DNA from: a virus | Lineage: Duplodnaviria > Caudoviricetes | Virus record (IMG/VR): IMGVR_UViG_3300027714_000092 | Location: 1 to 27,736 of that record | Direction: 5' to 3' (one strand) | Length of the DNA stretch: 27,736 bases | Shown here: positions 1 through 8,000 of the stretch, piece by piece | Layout: each line of letters opens with the position of its first letter | Numbering within the stretch: position 1 is the stretch's first letter | Notes under the pieces: model-generated | The model's database searches: none | Told to the model about the DNA's origin: nothing | What the model saw: only the letters and a program-made list of their open reading frames with translations | Translations under genes and position numbers: made by a program

Positions 1-118
1 TCCATGAACGTATCAGTGCTATAAGGTCTTTCTCGTACTTGACTGGGGTGCAATCTCCTACGATGTAACCTTGATTCATTCCTTCGCCCGTTATAGAGCA
101 TTTCCTTGCGTATTTCAT
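1..118 (-). CDS. Hypothetical phage protein, 3'-truncated by window edge (MKYARKCSITGEGMNQGYIVGDCTPVKYEKDLIALIRSW...)
   Basis: Translated by hand. The ATG at 118-116 overlaps the TGA of 115..576 (ATGA coupling) and the frame is open to base 1. Confidence 0.7.
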   Translation of the reverse strand, partial: MKYARKCSITGEGMNQGYIVGDCTPVKYEKDLIALIRSW

Positions 119-576
119 TTACCTATAGTCTTTATGATGATGTCGCACATGTGATCTAAAACTCTATCACGAACAGAATCTGAATAGACATCACCAGTTT
201 CGTCAGCAAGGTTTACATCTTCAAATACCTGCAACAAATTGGTTTGCAGTTGCTCTTTTAATTCTGATTTGTTCATAGTGTATGGTTTTTGTACATTCAA
301 GTGATGCTGTTCTACAAAGTCCTTTATAAATTCTTCGTAAACCTCATCTTTTTCCGATTGGTTATTATCTACTCCGTAAAGCATATCACACGCTTCATCT
401 TCAGTGGCTTCAGGTGGCTTACCGATTGGGATGCGGTGGTCATAGGGGAAGGCTTCCTCTAGTGTTCGTTTGTTACGTCCATCTGCTTTGAACCACGCTT
501 TTATAAGAGCGTCATGAAAGCCTCCGCAGTATTTTAGCACCTCTCGTAAGTGGTCGCTATGTTCTTGGTCTGTCAT
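115..576 (-). CDS. Hypothetical early-region protein, 153 aa (possibly a fusion; internal start MNKSELKEQ at 276)
   Basis: ORF track; ATGA overlaps with both neighbours; acidic composition. Confidence 0.7.
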   Translation of the reverse strand: MTDQEHSDHLREVLKYCGGFHDALIKAWFKADGRNKRTLEEAFPYDHRIPIGKPPEATEDEACDMLYGVDNNQSEKDEVYEEFIKDFVEQHHLNVQKPYTMNKSELKEQLQTNLLQVFEDVNLADETGDVYSDSVRDRVLDHMCDIIIKTIGK

Positions 577-770
577 TTTAGATCTTTTTTACGTGTCATA
601 GTATCTACTTTTTCAAGCAGTTCTTTTATTTGCATAGTGAAGAACCCCTTAGCAAATATTGGGTTCTTACCTGAGTCTACTGCAGTTTGCACCTCCGCCT
701 CTAAATTGAGAGCGTGGTTCTGCAAGGCATCGTTGATGAGCACTCGCTCCATTCCGTTGAACTTAGTCAT
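573..770 (-). CDS. Hypothetical protein, 65 aa
   Basis: ORF track; ATGA overlaps at both ends. Confidence 0.75.
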   Translation of the reverse strand: MTKFNGMERVLINDALQNHALNLEAEVQTAVDSGKNPIFAKGFFTMQIKELLEKVDTMTRKKDLK

Positions 771-991
771 GATGATAGTGATTCGTTTTGTGCACTCAAG
801 TGTACGTTTTCAATGATGTCCATAGCCTTACCCATAGCGTACGCTCGTTGTTGCGTCATTGTACCCGCTGTTTGTGGGGTTGGTAATTCGATGTGCCTTA
901 CTACTGTCCCGACAAGGGTGTAGAATTCTTCACGTCTTTGGATAGCGTTCGCCATCTCGTTTGTGTGGTGTATCTTGTCTTGTAACGTCAT
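767..991 (-). CDS. Hypothetical protein, 74 aa
   Basis: ORF track; A-rich leader; ATGA overlap with the downstream gene. Confidence 0.7.
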   Translation of the reverse strand: MTLQDKIHHTNEMANAIQRREEFYTLVGTVVRHIELPTPQTAGTMTQQRAYAMGKAMDIIENVHLSAQNESLSS

Positions 992-1041
992 AGTACTTTA
1001 TTTTATATTGTTATAGTTTTTGTACACTCAAGTGTACATTA

Positions 1042-1104
1042 TTAAAATTCATCTTGCATATCTAACATGGCTTGTTGCATTGCTTCTAATTCTTCTTCGT
1101 TCAT
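1042..1104 (-). CDS. Putative 20-aa acidic micro-protein MNEEELEAMQQAMLDMQDEF
   Basis: Translated by hand; its ATG overlaps the TGA of 1101..1178. Confidence 0.45.
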   Translation of the reverse strand: MNEEELEAMQQAMLDMQDEF

Positions 1105-1178
1105 TGTATTATATCTTTAGTTACTTGCATTATAATTGCCGTACTTATTGCGATTACAAATATATTTACTAATGTCAT
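1101..1178 (-). CDS. Putative 25-aa hydrophobic micro-protein MTLVNIFVIAISTAIIMQVTKDIIQ
   Basis: Translated by hand; single TM-like stretch; ATGA coupling. Confidence 0.45.
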   Translation of the reverse strand: MTLVNIFVIAISTAIIMQVTKDIIQ

Positions 1179-1207
1179 TCCGCTTGTATTTATTATGTTA
1201 ATTAATG

Positions 1208-1315
1208 TTATTTATTTTTGTAGATGAAGTCGTAGATTAAAGGAAAAACTTTCCCTATCAATATCAACACACCTCCGCTAATAGAAATTTGCAGTAGTAA
1301 ATATATTACATTCAT
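1208..1315 (-). CDS. Putative 35-aa membrane micro-protein MNVIYLLLQISISGGVLILIGKVFPLIYDFIYKNK
   Basis: Translated by hand; TM-like stretch with basic C-terminus; starts 14 bp after a palindrome copy. Confidence 0.5.
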   Translation of the reverse strand: MNVIYLLLQISISGGVLILIGKVFPLIYDFIYKNK

Positions 1316-1390
1316 CTTAAAATAGATTTTGTACGCTTAAGTGTACAATTTATAAAAAGGCCTTTTGAATACTTGCTTAGGTATTAACTA

Positions 1391-1918
1391 TTACGCTTCG
1401 ATCAATTCAACTAACTCGATATTAGCAAGTTCTTTCTTAACTTCCAACTCATTAAGTAAGGTCTTTAAGTGCTCAATTATTTCAGCTTCATTCCCATTAA
1501 CGTGAGCTTCTAATTTCTCATCAAACCTTGCACCACCTCCACCGATTTCTTTCGATATACTAAAGGTGTATAACGTTTTCGGTTTCTCGGTTGGTTCAGG
1601 TTTCATATAATCAAGTAAGCCTTTAATCGATGCAGTCGGTTCATTGCCGAGCGATTCGATATATTTTTCCGTATCTTCAATCGGTATCTTCGAGGCATTT
1701 TTCAGTTGACCAAAGAACGTATTACCCACCCCATACAAGGCCGATAATTCATCCCTTGTGATTCCTACTAATTTCTTATTAGCTTTCCAGTAGGCGTAAC
1801 CTTCTAAGATTAGTTTACCCATCTCGATTTGAAGATAAAGGCTTTTAATTGTGCCCTTGTTTGCTCTTGCGCTTAGAGTTTTTACTTGCTTCGCGCTTTT
1901 GTTTAATACTGTATTCAT
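1391..1918 (-). CDS. Hypothetical protein, 175 aa, with possible helix-turn-helix (ITRDELSALYGVGNTFFGQLK)
   Basis: ORF track; HTH-like pattern; LQIEMGKLILE loosely recalls DUF3102-type phage proteins (unverified). Confidence 0.75.
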   Translation of the reverse strand: MNTVLNKSAKQVKTLSARANKGTIKSLYLQIEMGKLILEGYAYWKANKKLVGITRDELSALYGVGNTFFGQLKNASKIPIEDTEKYIESLGNEPTASIKGLLDYMKPEPTEKPKTLYTFSISKEIGGGGARFDEKLEAHVNGNEAEIIEHLKTLLNELEVKKELANIELVELIEA

Positions 1919-2046
1919 AATCTAACTATTTATATAATTCGTCCCAAAGTTTGGGGTTCGATTTTACTGTAGCCATTTGTCGCTTTTCAGCAGTGCGAAG
2001 GTTCTCGCGAGTCCTATGTCTATTTGTACGCTCAAGCGTACATTTT

Positions 2047-2283
2047 TTATCTTGTCAATTCGCGCCCTTTCGCCCGTCTTTTATTTCGCCTTGCATCTTT
2101 TCGCTCGATACTGAAACTATATTTATCATGTATCGCGTCCGCTTTGCGTTTACTGTCCGATGCCCTACGTTTAGAGTTCCGCTTGATTGACATAGGTGGG
2201 TGATTTCGCCACGTGTCGGTAGGTCGCTTACGATTCCTATGCTCTGCGTCACCCTTAATATATTTTATCGTTTCATTAATCAT
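2047..2283 (-). CDS. Highly basic (Arg/Lys-rich) 78-aa protein, likely first gene of the leftward unit
   Basis: ORF track; begins just downstream of a CATCTTTG -7-like element; stop lies 4 bp from a palindrome copy. Confidence 0.5.
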   Translation of the reverse strand: MINETIKYIKGDAEHRNRKRPTDTWRNHPPMSIKRNSKRRASDSKRKADAIHDKYSFSIERKDARRNKRRAKGRELTR

Positions 2284-2287
2284 ATTG

Positions 2288-2295
2288 CAAAGATG
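2288..2295 (-). promoter_or_regulatory. Bacteroidota sigma70 -7-like element (CATCTTTG) driving leftward genes
   Basis: One mismatch to TAnnTTTG; 4 bp upstream of the ATG at 2283. Confidence 0.5.
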
Positions 2296-2710
2296 GGGTG
2301 ATGACTTTCGGCTATCCTAATAAATACTGTTAACAAATGTTAAAACTGTAACTAACTGATTACCAAACAGTTACAAGTGTTATTTGGTTAACTCCTTAAC
2401 AATCAGCGAGTTAGCAATACTGGACTGAAATCTCTATTTATACATAGAACCCCGCACACACATAACGCGCGCGTGAAACATAAATAATGAAAAACCTAAT
2501 CATAAACTACTGATTACCAAGCATTTACAAATTAACATTTGTTAGCATATCGTAACTCCTTGATTGTCAGTTAGTAAGCACTTCTCAACCCCATCTATAC
2601 TAACACCCCACAATCACTACAAAGTCGCTTAGAACGGCTTAAAATGGCTCGGTGTTAAAATATGTTAATAGCATATCATTGTAAGTTATTGATAGTCAAG
2701 GCATTAAGAC

Positions 2711-2734
2711 TTATCAACATAAGATTGTTAATAA
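2711..2734. promoter_or_regulatory. Inverted pair of DnaA-box-like 9-mers (TTATCAACA 2711-2719; TTATTAACA on minus strand 2726-2734)
   Basis: Each has one mismatch to TTWTNCACA, at the same position. Confidence 0.45.
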
Positions 2735-2772
2735 CTACGTTTGGTAGTTCATTGTAGATGTTGTATCACGTA

Positions 2773-2877
2773 CTATTTAGAACGAGTCTAAATAAGCTAT
2801 ATAGTAGATAAGGTGTACTATTAAGAATGATTCTAAATAAGGTAATGAATAGTCTATTTAGAATGAATCTAAATAAG
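2773..2877. repeat. Three 21-bp dyads TATTWAGA-N5-TCTAAATA (2774-2794, 2819-2839, 2855-2875); Fur-box-like
   Basis: Read directly; the flanking C and AG are also conserved in all three. Confidence 0.85.
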
Positions 2878-3417
2878 AGATAAGAGAGCAGTAGGATTGT
2901 ACCTACCTTTCAAGTTCCTATCTACTAACGACATACAATTGACTACCTTAAGCATAACATTAACTAACAACCTCTAACTTACTGACTATCAACTACATAC
3001 ATGTACTATATATATACATATCAACCAATACTTTAAGTGATGTACCGTAACTCTCTCATAGTCAATGACATACCATCTATTACATAGAGTAAGCCTTTAA
3101 CATATCACAGCTAAGTCATTCATAATCAATGATATACCATCAAAAGCTGAATATATACGCGAAAAAAGTCTAAATAGCGAGGGTACGGGGTTAAAAAATG
3201 TTAATTTCGTTTCAGGAATCTAGCGCCCTCAGATATATATAATCCCCATTCTAAACATTTCTCATATTTTTTTTCACGATCGCTTCATTTTAGCATTTTG
3301 CCATCATTTTTACCAAGTGCGCGCGCTACATTTACTTAAACCTTTACTTTAACCTAACCTTGTAAGTGATTGACTACGTGAGGATTAGCCCTTATAGTAT
3401 AAACCTTTCAAAAAGAC

Positions 3418-3448
3418 TTGACTTTTCAAAAAAAAAGTGGTACCTTAG
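3418..3448 (+). promoter_or_regulatory. Putative promoter TTGACT-N17-TACCTT(AG)
   Basis: Fits both sigma70 -35/-10 spacing and the Bacteroidota TTG-N20-TAnnTT(T/A)G layout. Confidence 0.55.
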
Positions 3449-3641
3449 CAGAGTATTTAGCGTCTTACGGACCAAACGACTCTAGAGTGTATAGGCACTC
3501 CGATCTTGTTTTTTTGTATGCTTAGAGAGAGTCTTATGACGCTGATCTAATGAATGAAGTGATATACGCCAGTACTATACATAAGACTGAGATACCTTTC
3601 TTTTACCTCTCCACTTAATATTAATAAAGGATTCTTTTAGT

Positions 3642-3649
3642 TATCTTTG
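3642..3649 (+). promoter_or_regulatory. Bacteroidota -7 promoter element TATCTTTG
   Basis: Exact TAnnTTTG, 4 bp before the ATG at 3654. Confidence 0.7.
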
Positions 3650-3653
3650 CTTT

Positions 3654-5012
3654 ATGATCCCCCTCCACAATAACAGAAACAAGTACCGTATTAAGAAGTA
3701 TGAGAATGGTGGGAAGGAGTCATTAGCTCCTGAGTCGCCTGTAGAGTATTTACTTAAAGTTTTAGGTGGTTATAAAGGCCAAGGAGATTATCCTTCTGCT
3801 ACGTTTGAAGATATTCAACCGTTATTAGATGCCTCTGGTAGCACATATGCTCAAGATGCGGTAAACAGGGGGTATGATTACCATGACAGATGGCAAGACT
3901 CTGCTAGGTACAAGCAGAACACTAGAGATTCATTGTTCCCTGCGTATGACGACTTTGAAGACAAACGATCTGATAATAGATATTTCTCTATAAAAAACAA
4001 CCCTGCGCTTCAAGCTTCATTAATGCAAAGTTTAAATAGATCTAGACCAAAAGAGGGGGATAAGGATTGGGAAACAAATAGGAAAGATATAAGGAATTCA
4101 TTAGCTCATGAGTTTTTACAAAGGACAGGTGATGAGTCTCTTGACTCATATTACAATGACTCTAATGATGGACCATTGTGGTATAAAGGACGGGGAAAAA
4201 GTCTAAAGAAAAAGCTTAAAAAAGCTGGGGTAGATATACCTAGGGTTAAAGGGTTGTCAAGACATGAGGAGAGGTTGCTTGTAGCTAATCAAATGATAGA
4301 GGAGTATCAAAATGAGTCTGTAGACAGGGTTTTTGATTACACACGTATGATGGGGGAAAGAAATCCTTTAGATATACAAAAAACATGGAAAGCTTTAGAA
4401 ATGCCTATTCCGTGGAGGCCAGGTAGCGAAGGCGAAGGTGAGCAAGCTCGTAACGCGTCGGGAGCAGTTGATCATAGGTTATCTGAAAAAACAGGGTTTA
4501 GCGTGGAAGGTAAGGCCTCCCCTTCCTCAAGGCTTTCAATCTCTAGAAAAATTAAGGATGGTAAGCTTAGTTCACCGCATATAATGGGGTTACCTACAGG
4601 ATTCCAACAATCTTGGAAGCCAGGGGCTGTTAGACTGACTAAAGACCCTATGCAACTAGAGAATACAGCATTACATGAAAGAGCGCATCAATTAGACTTG
4701 CCGAGACAAGAGTTTAACTTCATGGAAGACACTATATCAGATGTGACTAGAATCGATAGTCCTGAATCAGAATACAAGGAATACAACGATTATGTTGCTA
4801 TACCTTCGGAAACAAACGCAAGGATACACATATTAAGAAAGCATTTATTCTCTGCTGGTATAGATGTATTTAATAAGTCTGTAGACTTTAATAGTATCCC
4901 TAAAAACATATTAGATGATCTTAAAGGTACGGGTGACCTCAACGCTTTATCAGCCTTACAAGGTATATATTCAGATGAAGATATTCAAATGATGTTAAAT
5001 ACATTACCATAA
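3654..5012 (+). CDS. 452-aa protein with N-terminal KKYENGG motif and C-terminal zincin-like metallopeptidase domain
   Basis: HERAH (HEXXH) at aa 341-345 with a downstream PSETNAR glutamate helix. Confidence 0.8.
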   Translation: MIPLHNNRNKYRIKKYENGGKESLAPESPVEYLLKVLGGYKGQGDYPSATFEDIQPLLDASGSTYAQDAVNRGYDYHDRWQDSARYKQNTRDSLFPAYDDFEDKRSDNRYFSIKNNPALQASLMQSLNRSRPKEGDKDWETNRKDIRNSLAHEFLQRTGDESLDSYYNDSNDGPLWYKGRGKSLKKKLKKAGVDIPRVKGLSRHEERLLVANQMIEEYQNESVDRVFDYTRMMGERNPLDIQKTWKALEMPIPWRPGSEGEGEQARNASGAVDHRLSEKTGFSVEGKASPSSRLSISRKIKDGKLSSPHIMGLPTGFQQSWKPGAVRLTKDPMQLENTALHERAHQLDLPRQEFNFMEDTISDVTRIDSPESEYKEYNDYVAIPSETNARIHILRKHLFSAGIDVFNKSVDFNSIPKNILDDLKGTGDLNALSALQGIYSDEDIQMMLNTLP

Positions 5013-5013
5013 T

Positions 5014-8000
5014 ATGCCAAGAGTACGTAAATATCATAAAGGGGGGAATATAATACCTCACGATCACCCACACGGCGTTGTAAAGAGAGAGATGTGGATA
5101 CCAGATGAAAATGGAGAGTATAAAATAAAACCTACTGATTTCTGGCCTATCGTTTCACCAGAAGAAGCATTAGAATTCTTAGGACCTGAGTGGAAGCGGA
5201 ATACTAATCCCCTCTTCTTACCTAAAATTACCTCTAAAGATAGTACAGCTGTTATAAACAGTAGCATCCAAGGCAAAAAAAAATTAACCCAAGGATTATG
5301 GGCTAAAGGTAACAGAAGGGTTAGCTCAAAGATAAAACCTCTTGAATCTTTACTTAAAACAATAGAGCAAGATCCAATTGATAAAGAGCTTCAGGCTAGT
5401 ACCTCTATACCTACCTCTAGACGTAATACAGAGCTTATGTACAAGCTTAACGCTAACATGCGCACTGGGCAGGAGCCTGACAAGTATAAAGTTTGGGATG
5501 AGAAAGGTAAGAAGTGGAGTATGAGGGATGTGGAGCCTGAGGAGTTAGAGTACTATAGAAATAAAAATAAGATTCAAGATAGGCAGAGAATACAACAAGA
5601 CTTTAAAGACGGGGGGTCGGTTAAAGAACCAGAAGGTGTAGAGGATCTACTAGCTATGCTAAACGCTCACGGGACACCCAAAGACCAAGGGGCTTTATCT
5701 AGTTTAGTGTCTGATAGTACTCAACCATCAGGATATACTCCACCAGTCCTACCTGAAGAGAAGAAAATAGAGTTAATAGACAAGCCTGCACAGATAACAC
5801 AAGCACCAGACGAAGTAAAGAAAGCAGATTGGAGTACTATGTTTGCAAACCCTATGCAAATGCTTAAGTATACAGGTAAGTATGGGATGACTAGACCTAC
5901 TAAAGCAGAGTTAGATGCTCAAAAGAGCAATATATACGATTCTATTACTTCTATGTTTAACCCTTCATCTTATGTAGAGGCTCTTAAACATATGGATACT
6001 AGTCTTGACTCAGCAGATCAAGCTTTATTACAAGGATTTAAAGATGGTAGGCTATCTCCTGGGGATCTATCTAACGTAGTAGGGAATCTATCTGATGCTG
6101 GGATGCAAGCTCTATTCCTTTCTATGGCGCCTATGGGGGGAAGGACTTGGGCTAGCGCTATTAAAGAGCTTAGAAGGCCCGCATTGGGTGCTCGGATACC
6201 TCAAGAGTTTAGAGGTTCTAGGTTACTAGGGCCTACTGCTGAGACTGCTACGACTGAATCTAGTGCATTACAACAACTAGCTGGTAAGAAACCTAAAGTA
6301 AAAAAGAAGAAATACGAACCTGTGAATGAGTATCAGGATAGTAATGTGGCTCATCACTCATCTACAAACTACCCTGGTGTATACCAATACCCATCGTTTA
6401 TGACGGGTAGTAAGTTAGAGAAGCAGGTTTCACCTAAAGACGGGACTATAGCTAGGTCTGTATTAGAGCAGTTAGTAAAGAATAAAAACACTAAAGCTAG
6501 TGAGGCCTTAGCTGTAGAGAAGATTTTAGGTGGTTTTGATGATAAGAGGGTTCCGTATGAATATTTTAAGCAGGAACTGGCTTTAGGTATACAACCTGCT
6601 GAAATAATAGGCTCAACAGGGAGATCAAGTTACGCTAATAATGGGCTTTCAAGGTTAGGTTATAATGTTAATCCTGAACTTATTAAAAAGCAAAATGAAA
6701 TTGATAGGCTTACATTTATAATTAATAATCCTGATCAGCTTGTAGGTCGGCATGATCCAAGTCAAACCATTGATCAGATTACGCTAAATATAAAGAATCA
6801 GATAAAAAAATTAAAAGAAAAATTAGGTCCAGATTTAATAGTAAATCCAAAAACTAATTTATATAAAGATAAATCTTTAGGGTTGACTAAAGAAGGGGAG
6901 AGTCACTTCCCGCGCGACCCTCATAGCTTCTGGATAAGAAGTTTTGCTTCTGAAAACTCATTAAGGGTTCTAGAGTGGCAAACGGATGTAAAGAAGTTAA
7001 AAATCCCTTCAAAAGGCATACCAGGATCTAAAGCCGCTGCAGAAGGCCTCCCACTTAAGTTTCTAAACGAGTCTCTTTTAGATGCCGCAAGACAGGGGAA
7101 GAAGTATTTAGACGTCCCTACTCTAGAAACAATATATAAGATTGAGGGGTACCAAACGCCTAATCAAGAACAGTTAGAAGCTTCAGAACATAATGTTAAG
7201 ATAATAATAGACAAATACAATAGTTTTATTCCAGGAGAGGGTTATTCTACTGTTGGTTTTATAGACGATGGTGTTAATGAATTAAAGAAAAATTACGATA
7301 AGCTTAGAGATCAGATTTCTGAAGCTCCAAAAGCGCTAGGAACAGAGCAAAGGAGCTCGCCATATCGCTATTCGAAATTCTTTCATTATATACAATTATC
7401 TCACCCTGGAGCCCCTCTAGAAAGAATTAAAACTATTGAAGCCCAATGGCTTGCACTTCAAGATTTTCAAACTTATGTTGCTAGGAATTATATACCTACA
7501 GATGAATATGCATCTTCCCAGTTTTTTAGGTTTGGTGTAAAACCTACAGTTAATGCTTTAAAACGTCATATACCTGATATGAAGAAAAGCTTCTTAAAGA
7601 ATTTAAATGATGCAGAACAACTAACTATAAAGAATGCTGAAGTCGCTAAAACTAAATTAAAGGAAAATCAAGAGATTGTTGAAAGGATTCAATCTGGGGG
7701 AATTAAGGTTTCCGATATGAATGAGGGTAGGTTATCTACAACTAGGGATTACAGAAACTTCCCTAAGCTATGGAGTAAAGAGTTCGGTACAGAAGTTATA
7801 AATTTTAAAGATGAGTTTGGGAATACATATAACCGTGTCGTAGTCCCAGAAAAGTTCTTCCAAACAGACCCATTTAAACCTTTAGAGATTAAGACATATA
7901 AAAAAGGGGGGTTATTAAATAAGCTTGTAAAAAAATATCAAGACGGTGGTGGTATTTTTAAAAAACTAAGACAAAGAAGAGCTGACCGAAGGATAGCTAA

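Larger units (their letters stand above)
290..2042. repeat. Five dispersed 18-bp palindromes, consensus TGTACRCTYAAGYGTACA: 290-307 (degenerate), 789-806, 1021-1038, 1330-1347, 2025-2042
   Basis: Read directly: TGTACATTCAAGTGATGC, TGTGCACTCAAGTGTACG, TGTACACTCAAGTGTACA, TGTACGCTTAAGTGTACA, TGTACGCTCAAGCGTACA. Confidence 0.9.
2349..3387. repeat. Nine 25-bp pseudo-palindromes TAA-N4-YTGA-N3-TCAR-N4-WTA (2349, 2389, 2503, 2553, 2682, 2975, 3048, 3112, 3363), each resembling two inverted IHF sites
   Basis: Aligned by hand without gaps; half-site resembles the IHF consensus YAAnnnnTTGATW. Confidence 0.8.

Noticed and set aside
290-2042. Integron attC sites
   Set aside because: The elements are only 18 bp, lack RYYYAAC/GTTRRRY ends, and no integrase is in the window.
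1926-2054. Frameshift extension of the basic 78-aa ORF into an open frame ending MATVKSNPKLWDELYK
   Set aside because: Only an A6 run overlapping the stop codon, with no convincing slippery site; cannot be supported without homologues.
550-2252. ORFs 550..816, 714..923, 1951..2190 (+) and 2055..2252 (-)
   Set aside because: Shadow or alternative frames over better-supported, translationally coupled minus-strand genes.
2349-3387. CRISPR array interpretation of the intergenic repeats
   Set aside because: The copies are degenerate at fixed internal positions and irregularly spaced (40-293 bp), and no cas genes are present.
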